Assembly (NCBI GenBank): GCA_016748015.1
Contig: JAAOMT010000222.1
Span: forward strand, 932,401-957,726
Direction: 5' to 3'
Length of the DNA stretch: 25,326 nucleotides
Source of the DNA: Geosiphon pyriformis uo1
Lineage: Eukaryota > Fungi > Glomeromycota
Shown here: one piece after another, positions 11,388 to 22,473 of the stretch
Position numbering within the stretch: position 1 is the first letter of the stretch
How the letters are laid out: the number at the start of each line of letters is the position of its first letter
The notes under the pieces: model-generated
The model's input: only the letters and a program-made list of their open reading frames with translations
What the model was told of the DNA's origin: nothing
Database searches by the model: none
Translations under genes and position numbers: made by a program

Positions 11388-12287
11388 TTACCGTTTATGA
11401 TCTACAACAGGTTTTCGATTTTTGTATATTTCCTTTGGAGCAAACTGAGCCTGAGGATCACAACTTGCCGAGCTCAAATAAACGTTTGGTGCATATTTCT
11501 CCTCCTTTTTGATGACCTGTTCTTTGTCAAAATTAGCCAGCTGAATCTTGGCATTAAAATCATCACCCGCTGCAGCTTTCTTGTACCAATATAATGCTCT
11601 TTTATCATCCTTTTTTGTACCCTGTGCCTCTCGAAAGCACTCGGCCAAATTAAATTGAGCACAGGGAAGACCAGCCCTGGCTGCTGTTTGATACCAATAG
11701 AAAGCTTTGACAAGATCTCGCTGAGTACCTAAACCTGATTTGTAAAAGCATCCGACGTTATTTTGGGCACCTAAGTGACCAGATTCAGCTGATCTAAGAA
11801 ACCATTCTAATGATTTTTCCATATCAACAATAGTTCCTATTTCACGCTGATAACACCTTGCAAGCCGATATTGGGAATGTCCATTACCATCATTCGCAGA
11901 CATCCGGTACAATTCGAAAGCTTTTTCTGGATTTTTTTCAACGCCAAATTCAGTCTCGAAACAGATTCCAAGGAATAAATGGCCATACGAGTAACCACTA
12001 TCAGAGGAAATTTCGTAAGCTTCAAATGCTTTTATCGGATCAAAACATTCTTTGATATACTGATGACAGAATCCGAGGAGGCATCTAAACTGTCGAACGT
12101 ACTGTGTTCTAATCGTTAGTTTTTCAATTAGATATTCCAGGGAAAGGTTGTGACTTTTAAGATTGTTTTGGATATCGAGCGCGATATCACAATAAATCTC
12201 TCCACGATCGATTGACTCAAGGAAACTTTTTGCGATCTGGTTGAATGAACCATTGATATAATTTTCTGGATTGAGATTTGAAATCAT
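11388..12287 (-). CDS. Sel1-like repeat (SLR/TPR-like) protein, 299 aa, single exon
   Basis: Intact ORF with about 5 tandem ~36-aa Sel1 repeats, e.g. GHLFLGICFETEFGVEKNPEKAFELYRMSANDG, AQNNVGCFYKSGLGTQRDLVKAFYWYQTAARAG, AQFNLAECFREAQGTKKDDKRALYWYKKAAAGD. TATA-like TATAAATA ~140 bp upstream (~12426-12433). Confidence 0.93.
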   Translation of the reverse strand: MISNLNPENYINGSFNQIAKSFLESIDRGEIYCDIALDIQNNLKSHNLSLEYLIEKLTIRTQYVRQFRCLLGFCHQYIKECFDPIKAFEAYEISSDSGYSYGHLFLGICFETEFGVEKNPEKAFELYRMSANDGNGHSQYRLARCYQREIGTIVDMEKSLEWFLRSAESGHLGAQNNVGCFYKSGLGTQRDLVKAFYWYQTAARAGLPCAQFNLAECFREAQGTKKDDKRALYWYKKAAAGDDFNAKIQLANFDKEQVIKKEEKYAPNVYLSSASCDPQAQFAPKEIYKNRKPVVDHKR

Positions 12288-12972
12288 TTTGAAATTTGAT
12301 GATTCTTTATTTTGAAATTTAATGGATTTTTTGATATTATTTAGATTTGATGAGATTTTTTGTTTTGGGTTTATTATTGAAATTAGATGGTTTTTTTGTT
12401 ATTTTTTGAATCTAAAAAATCAATTATATTTATAGAAAACTTCTCATTGATTCCTAAATAGGCATAAAACAGAGAAAAGGTGGTACATAATCCGGGTTCT
12501 GCCAATTTGTCAGTAATACCCCGCATTGTGTGCTGAAGAGACAATGAGAAGATGGTCTATTTTTGGTAAGTATTGTTTCTTTGTAACGTTGTAGATCTCC
12601 GGGTTAAATTATTAAGATTGTTGCGGCCCAATTTAGATTTTTAAGCACAGTTCTACAGGAGTAGAATGATAATAATAACAACAGATATGTTTCAAGATTT
12701 TATTAATATTGTCTTTCAAAGTGACAGCTAATTTATTATTAAAAACTGAAAATTTTTTGATAAGCGGCTATATTTTTAAAATAATACTCTATCAATTAAA
12801 AAAATGTCAAATCCGGGAACTGTCTATTTTCAAAAGTTTTTTTTTTCATATTCTAACGTTGCAAGTCCTAGCCTTTTACGGAAATGTGATTTAAATTTAA
12901 TTAATATAGAAATCCTTCTTTCCCTATACAAATTATTTGAAGTTCAATAATCTTTTGCTTTGTTTGAAAACC

Positions 12973-13750
12973 ATGTCGTTCACTTCATCAAGTGAAAACG
13001 CGATTTTATCTCCCAATTTCTTAAAGGAAACTTCATTGTTATCAAAGAAAGTTTAGATATTTTTTCAAAAAGTATCTTAAGCGCAATCAAAAAAATGAAG
13101 AAAAAGCATTTAAACGCTATTTAAAAGTAGCAAAAGCAAGAAATTTAGATGCACAATTAAAAATCTTGTTATTGTTGTAATAATGGAGAATGACGTCAAA
13201 ATGAGGAAAAAATCTTTGAACTCTATTAAAAAGCAGCATAGATGGGTAACAAAAAAGCACAATTAAATCTTGAATTTTGTTATATAAAAAGGATGAGAAC
13301 AGCAATAGATTTAGAAAAGGATTTAAACTCTATCTAAAAGCCTATGTAAATAAATTAAGTTCTTAAAATGAATTTTCCTAATTTAAATTAGGATGACCTG
13401 AAGCGTTTTATTTTACAATTCCAAAATTGTGGTTTTAAATATCTACATAATTCCAAAGGAGAATTTTTAGATTTTGAAGCTTTCTTTTCTCAGTTTTCAG
13501 ATGAATTTAAGTAGCTGAAATGTGAAAAATTTGGTATAATCATTAATGGATCACCTATATGTTCGTTTTGTGATAAAAGTGTAATATTTTTAAAGCGGAG
13601 GTTACCGAAATGTTCAGAATGCTATAGTATATTAAAAGGTCCCCTTTGATCTAAATGTTGTGAATAATCACGATTTTTCAAACATAAACTAGTGGATAGG
13701 TGCATGGAAACTTAAATTCTGGCAATAAAACCTATCAATATTATAAACCT
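12973..13750 (+). pseudogene. Sel1-repeat pseudogene, probably the remnant of a Sel1 plus protein-kinase gene
   Basis: 13091-13342 reads KNEEKAFKRYLKVAKARNLDAQL /fs/ NEEKIFELY*KAA*MGNKKAQLNLEFCYIKRMRTAIDLEK /fs/ FKLYLKA, i.e. broken Sel1 repeats. 13602-13730 reads LPKCSECYSILKGPL*SKCC...NSGNKT, like the CxEC..WCxxC..SGN leader of glomeromycotan Tyr-kinase-like proteins. Confidence 0.7.
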
Positions 13751-14374
13751 AATACTTACACGCCTCATTATCATGTTGAAACTAACGTGACAATTTTTTT
13801 ATTTGTGGAGCAATACATTCAAAAAATTGTTGTATTGATTTATTTTTTCTGATTTCAGGCTCTTTAGACTATTAAAGATTAGAATAAATTATTTAGTTTA
13901 ATAAAATAATTTATTACTAAATGTGTCTGGTAAAAGACAGCCATATTATTAGTGCATCTTTAAGAAACTGCTACAAACAATCAAATTTAGGAATGGAAGA
14001 ATAATGATATTGAAGTTCTGCAAAATCTATGAAAACATGGTTAAAGAGTATTATCAACAGTTTTGAAAGTTTTTAGATTTGAATACTTATAAAATGAAAA
14101 TAAATGATTGTATTTTTTGTCTATTTTAGAATAAAAATATTGTTGAAAATTTTATGAAACATAAAAATGACATTAAAATTAATTTTTGAATTTAATTCAG
14201 TAAATACCTTTTTTCAAAAAAATTTATTATTGAAGAAGTTATAACTATTTTGATATGTAAGTAGTTATTAATTTCATGTACTTTCAGGTTGGAATATAAG
14301 TTCTTGCAAAATTTCGAATTCAATTCATAAAATTTTCATAGACAATATAAAAAAACTATTCCTTTGCAAGAAAA

Positions 14375-15899
14375 TTAGCAATCACCCATTGTAACACCGA
14401 AATAAGGGCCGTAATGTTCTTGAATGCTGTTCTCGCCTGCGATCGATTGTCCAGAATTGCATTCCTAAATTTTTGTTTAATTGAATAAAATCAAAGCCTC
14501 AAGGTTTATTTGGACTTACAAATTTCGAAATGAAAATATTGCTAATAATAATATTATAAACAAAAATTACTACCTTATTCTCCCCTGCTAAATCATCGCC
14601 AGGAATCCAAAACTTTTCCCGACGAAAATCGTTCATTCTTTCTAAATTGAAACTTTTTTGAGGTCTTCCACAATCCCATACAGCTTCTCCATCAGTTACA
14701 AACATTTCTTCATCTTCAGGACAATCACAATCTATTGGTCCAATCATTACTTCCCTTTCGTGATGTTGCATTATTGAGCGTCCATTTTCAATTGGAAGAA
14801 AATGTGGGACGTAATCATTTTGACGAGTAACTCTTGTAACCTTTACCAAGTCATTCATCATTTTAGCAAACATTATATTTCCCGTTCTTGGTTGACCAAA
14901 AGTATAAATGGAAATATCAAGTGTTCCTTTGAATTTGATTCCGAGTGGTCGAAGTCCAATAAGATCCAATATTGTAAATGATAAACCTGCTATTGCTGCA
15001 TATGCTATTAATTTTTAAAAAGAAAAAAAATCGAAATTACTGAAGAAAAAGGTTTCAAAAACGAAACATTCTAAATTACTCACCACCGCCTACACCATGT
15101 CCACAGAAAGAAATTTTTGTGAATCCTTTTTTTTCGATTATATAATATATTCTTGATAGAATAGCATCCATCATCATGGATACCTCATAAAACCATTCTT
15201 TATCAACTAGTACTAATGCGTTTGTCGTCATTCCTGCAACACTAAATTGTTCCAACTCACTTTTTCTATTATGCCAGTCGGTTTTGCTTAAAATAGGTGC
15301 TTTGAAATGTACAAAAATAGTTCCTAAGCTTATAGTTTCAAATACGTTACCTATTACAGTTGATTGAATATCGAAATAGTAAACAAGTTATTTGAATTGA
15401 GGAAAAAACTGAATTATCATAAGATACCAAAGATGTGTTTGCCATTTTCCACCAATCTTCCAACATTATTAAATGAGGAAAACGGCTCACAATAGGCCAT
15501 ATTTGCAAATACAGCGTTCGCCTTTAATAGTAAAATCTCATTTCTTTGAGTGTTGTTAAATGATCGTTTTTTAGGATACACTTCATTACCATTGTCTGTT
15601 CTTTTATAGAAGGAATAATCATTACTAATTTGTGTCGTTTTTGATAAAAATAAGAATTGAGGTGATATTAGAAGTTTCTTGATTGATTCTCGAATATTTT
15701 CAGATGGATAAAGTTTATTTTGTTTTGAATTTGGGAAATTCATCAAAATATTTCTGGAATTTAAACCATCAAAATGTGAAGAAATGATAATTAAAATAAA
15801 GAATATGAATGTTAAAATTAATGAAAGGAGACATACTAGGTTTGATTTTATTGAAAATAATCGAAATTTTTTAGTAGAATTTCTTTGTATTTTAGACAT
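14375..15899 (-). CDS. Class-3 lipase-fold protein, copy 2 (419 aa), nucleophile Ser replaced by Gly
   Basis: Exons 15899-15428, 15350-15084, 15004-14574, 14464-14375 (472+267+431+90=1260 nt), all GT-AG and in phase. Motifs ISFCGHGVGGAYAAIAG, TFGQPRTGN, RQNDYVPHFLP, NSIQEHYGPYFGVTMGDC*. Confidence 0.9.
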
Positions 15900-16139
15900 T
15901 GTTTCGCTATCTTAATTTTTGAAAAGAATTCTGCTCAATTCAATAAAAAAAGAAAACTGGATTTTTAGCTTGATATTTGAAAATGATTTGAGATCATCAG
16001 CACCGGAATTATTCTCACTAGAGAAGGATTTATAAATTAATTTATTGTGGGTGGTTTGGAACAGTTAGACAAATATTTCTCAATGATAGGCAAAAAGTTT
16101 TTTGATACTTGCAATTTGCTATGAAGATTAATACTTTAA

Positions 16140-16770
16140 AATAATAAGAATAATAAGAATAAATTAGCTTGAAAAAAACAGTGACAATAAGAAATACATT
16201 ATAGCTTATACAGACAAAAATCTATTTTCAACTGAAAAAATTATTAATTATTAAGCAAGCATGTTTTAAAATAGTTTGGTTAGCAAATTACTGATGTAAA
16301 TATTTTTTAAGTATTTGTTTTTACAATAATAAATAATTATTAAACTTCAATCTAATTCTAATACAAAAGCTAACTTGAATATTACTAAATAATCTACTGG
16401 ATTTTTTATTATATTTATGAGATCAACATTAAAAAAATAAGTTGATCGAAATATATACACTCTTTCTTAACTAGCAATCTAGTAATAAAACCAATTTTCA
16501 ACAAAACAAAATCAATTAATTATTAGTATAATTGCTTTAAATATCATATAACAATAAATTTGAAAACTATTAAGCACTTTTCAGATTTTTGGGTAAAAAA
16601 CAATACCTCCCAAAGTATAATGAACAAGAAAAGAACATTTGTAAAAGCAATTAAATTTGCCAATCAATTTTAAAGAGTTATTAAGTTTGAAAAAAATACT
16701 TTGAAAAACAAAGACAACTTAAAGACATGGCGAAATATTATTGGCTGACGTTAGAAAAAGATATAACAAA
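16140..16770 (+). mobile_element. Second degenerate Ty3/Gypsy pol fragment (RNase H and downstream region)
   Basis: DNKKYIIAYTDKNLFSTEK resembles the RNase H motif KExVIAYASRxLxxAEKNY. Nucleotide similarity of ~16520-16765 to ~4200-4530, e.g. 'aattgctttaaat...ataacaataaa(c/t)ttgaaaa' and 'aaatattattgg'. Confidence 0.65.
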
Positions 16771-17129
16771 ATACATTAAGTTTATCTAAAAACTAACTTA
16801 TTAGTTTATATAAACTATTGAAAGAATACATCAAAAATTACAATATACTCAATATTAAAAAGCATATAAAGCTGTAAATTAAATAATTATTTGAAATTAA
16901 AATAATAAAATATATTAATCAATAATTTCTATAAAAATTATTAATTAATATAATTAAGTACTAAAAATATTAATGCGAAAATGAATTTTGCATTTAATAT
17001 ATATACAAATTGTTATTATTTATTAATACCACATATTACGTGTCTAATAGTTATATTGGAATTTAGATCTTATGTATTTTGAATAATTTCATTTATTTAT
17101 ATTGTTATGATTCAATCTTTTGGTTTTTA

Positions 17130-17490
17130 GTTTATTAATTATTCAATTATATTTGGTGACATATATTAGCCATCCTATTTTTAAATTAGTTATTGATGTA
17201 ATTATTGACAAACATCTAACAACTGTTATGAAATTTTAAGAAGTGCTGATTGAAACATAGAATTATGACAATTTTTGTTATTTTTTTTTGATATTATAAA
17301 CTATCTTTTAACTTTCAGATTTCTTAAAAAAATTAGTACTATAATTTTTATACGACAGATTACATTAATTGAATTATTTACTTATATAATTTGCTTCTTT
17401 GATTAAATTTTTTTTGATTATTTTCATTGTCTTACACTATTATTTTCTTTGCTATTTATTAATCTGTTATCCTAACCTGTAACAATATAT
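17130..17490 (+). repeat. Diverged partial copy of the fold-back arm found at 4655-5285
   Basis: Shares 'atatattagc...tatttttaaattagttatt(a/g)atgtaattattga' and the '...tgtaacaata' end with the left arm. Confidence 0.55.
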
Positions 17491-18067
17491 AGCTTTTTTA
17501 TTTATTTAGGTAAACAGTTTAAAAAAAATTGAGAATTTTAAGACATTTTATTATGAGAATTAATATGACATTTTTTTATTTTTGGAGAAATACCTTCGAA
17601 AAATTCAAAAAATTGTTTCATTTATTTATTTTCCTGATTTCAGGCTCTTGAAAAAACTAACCAAGTAAAATTAAACTATTAAAGATTAGTAATAAATTAT
17701 TTAGTTTAGAAATATAAATTAATAATATTTTTGTCTGTTGCATATTTAATAAACTTACAACAACAATCAAATTTGGAATGAGAGAATAATAGTTAATAAC
17801 TCATAAAATTGAGTTTCTACAAAATTTAAAAAACATGAGTAGAGAAGATTATAAACAATTTTTAAATAACATTAAAATTAATTTTTAATTTAATTCATTC
17901 ATAATACTACAAATGCAATAAAAGCCAGAATTAGATATATTTGTTGAAAAAATATATTACAAACCAATTTATAAATATTTTGATATTTAAATTTTCATAA
18001 AGGATCTAAAAAAACAAGTTTCTCAGGCAGAAAGAAACTTTTCTTTTACAAAAAATTGGAATATTTA

Positions 18068-19630
18068 TCATTTAAATACACTGCAATCACCCATTGTAAT
18101 ACCAAAATAAGGACCAAAATGTTCTTGAATGCTGTTTTCGTTTGCGATTGATTGTCCAGAATTACATTCCTAAATTTTTGTTTAATTGAATAAAATCAAA
18201 TTTCAAGGTTTATTTGAACTCAGTAATTTCGAAATGAAAAAAATGTCAATCCTATTATAAACAAGAATTACCTTATTCTCCCCTGCTAAATCATCTCCAG
18301 GAATCCAAAACTTTTCACGGCGAAAATGGTTCACTCTGAATAGAAGTCTTTCTAAGTTCAAACTTTTTGGGGATCTTCCACAATCCCATAAAGCTTCTCC
18401 GTCATTTAAAACCATTCCTTCATCTTCAGGACAATTACAATCTATTGGTCCAATCATTACTTCCCTTTCATGATGTTGCATTATTGAGCGTCCATTTTCA
18501 ATTGGAAGAAAATGTGGGACGTAATCATTTTGACGAGTAACTCTTGTAACCTTTACTAATTCATTCATCATTCTGGCAAACATTATATTTCCAGTTCTTG
18601 GTTGACCAAAAGTATAAATGGAAATATCAAGTGACTTTTTGAGTTTGTCGATTTGAGGTGGATGAGATCCAATAAGATCCAATACAGCAAATGATAAACC
18701 CGCTATTGCTGCATACGCTATTAATTTTTTTAAAAAAAATCAAATGACTGAAGAAAAAGTTTTCAAAAGCAAAAAAAATTTAATTTACTTACAACCACCC
18801 ACACCATGTCCACAAAAAGTAATTTTTGTGTATCCATCGTCATTTATTATAGTATATATTTTTAATAGCACAGCATTCATCATAATTGATACCTCATCAA
18901 ACCATTCTTTATCAACCAGTACCAATTTGTTTGTCGACATTCCTGAAACACTAAATGGCACCAACTCACTTTTTCTATACAACCAGTCGGTTTTGCTTAA
19001 AATAGGTGCCTTGAAATGTATAACTATAGTTTCTAAGCTTGGTTGTTCGAATACAGCACCTGTTACAGTCGATTGAATATGGGGATAGTAAAAAAGTTAT
19101 TTGAATTGAGAGGTCGTCAAACTTTCAAGATTGAAAAAATTGAATTATCATAAAATACCAAAGATGTATTTGCCATTTTTCACTAAGCTCCCAACAGTAT
19201 TAATTAAGGAATATGGCTCACAATAGGCCATATTTGCATATAAAGCGTTCGTACTTAATAATGCAATTTCATTTCTTTGAGTGTTGTTAAATGCTCGTTT
19301 TTTAGGGTACACTACATTACCATTATCTGTTCTTTTAAAGAAGAAATAATCATTATCAATTTGTGATGTTGTTGATAAATATGAGAACTGAGGTGATGTT
19401 AAAAGTTTCTTGATTGATTCTGGATTTTTTTCAGGTGGATAATGTTTATTTCGTTTTAAATTTAGGAAAATCCTTAAAATATTACTGAATTTTAATCCAT
19501 TCACATGGAAAGAAATTGTAATTAGAATAAAGATTACGAATATTAAAATAAATAAAATGGAATAGAAATGATTTGAATTTATCGAAAAATATCGAAATTT
19601 TTTAGTAGAGTTTCTTTGAGTTCTATACAT
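18068..19630 (-). CDS. Class-3 lipase-fold protein, copy 3 (428 aa), nucleophile Ser replaced by Gly
   Basis: Exons 19630-19159, 19059-18793, 18717-18272, 18169-18068 (472+267+446+102=1287 nt), GT-AG and in phase. Motifs ITFCGHGVGGSYAAIAG, TFGQPRTGN, RQNDYVPHFLP, NSIQEHFGPYFGITMGDCSVFK*. Confidence 0.9.
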
Positions 19631-22344
19631 TTTCTCTATATCTTTATTTTGAAAAAAGTTTGCTAAATAACTCCACGTAATTAAATAAAAGAAAAATGAT
19701 TTTTTAGCTCGATATTTGAAGGTGATTAGATTATCAACACAAGGATTATCCTCACAAGAAAAAGGAAATTATATTTTAATTTTGTTGTAGACGGTTTGGA
19801 ATAATTTAAACAAACATTTCTCAATTATAGGCAAAAAGTTTTTGTAGCTTGTAATTTGTTATATCAATATTTTAATTAAAATATATCGTTTCAGACATAT
19901 CCTCATTAATCTAAACAGAACCATTTAATGTATATGCATGTAATTTCAGTATTTTTCAGAGTACTTGAACATATTTCTATGAAATCTAATAAGAAAAATT
20001 TTAATTTGTAAAGTTTCAGTAGTAGTGAGTTGTATAATTTTTACTAATTACATTTTAACATATTTAATATATCACAAAAGACAATATGAAACAAATTATT
20101 ATAATTATAATAATTATAATCAATCTATTATTAAAAAATCAAAAAGATTCCACAATTTCGGCTAAAAGTGAGGAAATTTAATGGAAATAAAATGAAAATA
20201 ATAAATTTTTGCGTTTTTTTGATTCGTGTTGTACATGGTTTGATTTTTTTTCAATAAAATTTTGAATTAGTTTTTCTTTGCAATTTACTTTAAAAAAAAG
20301 CTTTATGTCAAAATAGTTAATGCAATATATTATGTGATCAATTTATTCCAAAAAAAATTATTTTTATAAAAACAACAGTTTATATAAATCTTTTGGTAAA
20401 TCTGAAATTGAGCGTAACAAAAAAGAATCATTTTAATCATTATTTTTTTTTAACAAATATGATTGTAATTAAACTCATAATGTTAAATATATTTCTTTAT
20501 ATATTCAAATTTAATTTGTAAAACAAAAAATTTATGGTATAATAAAATATTTAAATTATTTTTTCTTCATATTGAAATAAGTTATTTTGCTTGCAAATAT
20601 AGTTTATAAAATTCTAGTTTACATAAGATATAAAATTATTCTTATAACATAAATAAATTTAATTAAAGAATTATAAAAACAAAATTATTATAAAGAAATT
20701 TACCCAATTCAATAAAAACTATAAATTGATTTGTTAAAATTTTCTACAATTTTCTGATAAATAGCATAAATATAAAACATAATTTTTTTTCCGCAACTAT
20801 CTTTTTATCCTTATTAATATTTATTCACAAATATTTAAAGTAATTAAATAATCATTATTCTATTATATTATTGGCTATATAAATACCTTTTTTTTGTTTA
20901 ATATTATATTATGCTTGATGTTATATATAAGTATTTTGCGAATTAATCTTGTAACTTAAATTGAACAAATTTTTTTGTTTCATTTTTTTATTTTTATTTG
21001 TTTCTGTGATATTAATTTTGTAAAAATTAGGAATAAATTAAATTCTTCTTAGAAATTTAGCTAAAATAATTTGAATTATAATGCAGTATGAAAATCAATT
21101 AAATATAAATATATAAATTGTTTAATAAAATTTTGTATAAATCTTCAAAATTTTTGCTACCAAAAAAGAATTAAATGGTATAGAGTCAACAGAAATTTTG
21201 GACATTTTTACTCCAATTTTTTATATGATACTAGGTATTTTGAACACTCTTTTGATGATGATTTAAAAAAATGTATTTTTAGCAATCTTATACATAATAA
21301 ATATAAAATAAATAAATAAAATACCAAGGTTTTATTCAAAATAATATAGATTATAATTTTAAAATTACCAGGATACTTTACAATTTTTCAAAAATAATAT
21401 CTTATAGTGTACCGGTCTTAATTATAGGATATTATAGAGGGATACTATAGAGGGTGTTCTACGGTAATATTATTTTTAGCCAGAACTATATAACTAAAAC
21501 CTTTTAAATAGAATTTGAAATCCACAATTTTGATTTAGTATCATAAGATAAGTTGCCGTTTTTAAAATTAAAATGATTATGTAATATGATAAAACAAATG
21601 TAATGACTGTTAAATAAAAAAATTATGTTAATAAAAATTTATTGTTTAAAATAATTTAATATTAAGAAATTAATAAAAAAAATTTTATCATAGATAAAAC
21701 TTAATTGACTATAAAAACATTATTATTTTTAAAAAATATGCAACTCATTTATAATTTTTAATATTAATTAAAAAAACGGCAAAATATTTAAAGTAAAATT
21801 CGTTAATTGATTAATTTTTGTTTTAACAAAATAATACAAAACCACACACTTCTAATATTTTTACCAATCTTTTCAAAACAAACGAAATTTAGTGTTAGAA
21901 TGATTGCTCAAACTTAAGCCTAAATACAATTGACACAAATCAAATTACATTAATGTTTAGATTAAAGTGAAAAAAGCTTAGCAAAAATATTTTCCGTCTG
22001 ATTTATTATGATATACATAAGTTATGTAGATATTTTTGGCAATATATCCTAAATCAAACAAAATTCATTTTAAATTTAGACAAATAATATCAGCTGACAA
22101 TATCAAATTTCTTGTTAATTAATAATTAAAATAATGTGAAATTTTATATTATATTTTAATATATTTTGGTTTTCTATTGTAAAGTTTTTATAAATTGAAT
22201 TCAAGTTTTTAAATTTTTATTTATATATTTCAATTAAGTATTTAATTTTTGCAATATTTATTTGTGAAATTTGGAATATTATATTATATTTTAATAAAAG
22301 ATTTTAAGAAGGAAATAAAATTTAATATTCAAGTTAAAAAATAA

Positions 22345-22385
22345 CAGATCACCTGTCGATCACATATTACGTGCAGTATAAAATC
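22345..22385 (+). promoter_or_regulatory. Putative core promoter of the BTB-TLDc gene (two GATCAC motifs plus TATAAAA)
   Basis: 'gatcacctgtcgatcacatattacgtgcagTATAAAA'; the TATA (22377-22383) lies ~95 bp upstream of the ATG, at the edge of an AT-rich stretch. Confidence 0.45.
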
Positions 22386-22473
22386 AGCGCTGATTGGATT
22401 TTATGAAATCCTTTTCCCCTTAAAGACTGCAGATTGAAATATCAATATTTAAAGCTTTCTATATCTTTTATTA

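Larger units (their letters stand above)
13790..19870 (-). repeat. Tandem segmental duplication units carrying the lipase-like genes (~13790-16130 and ~17570-19870)
   Basis: Homology extends beyond the CDS: 3' flank 'ctgatttcaggctctt...actattaaagattag...aataaattatttagttt' at ~13848-13900 and ~17633-17708, plus the shared 5' blocks. Confidence 0.7.

Noticed and set aside
11397-12055. Four short ORFs overlapping the Sel1 gene
   Set aside because: Alternative-frame or antisense shadows with no independent features.
12709-13305. ORFs 12709-12894 (+) and 13117-13305 (-)
   Set aside because: Non-ATG starts; the first is AT-rich intergenic DNA and the second is antisense to the Sel1 pseudogene.
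18716-18793. Ser formed across the intron-2 junction in copy 3 (GHGVGGS) as a substitute nucleophile
   Set aside because: It is four residues past the elbow position, within the following helix, and is Ala in the other two copies.
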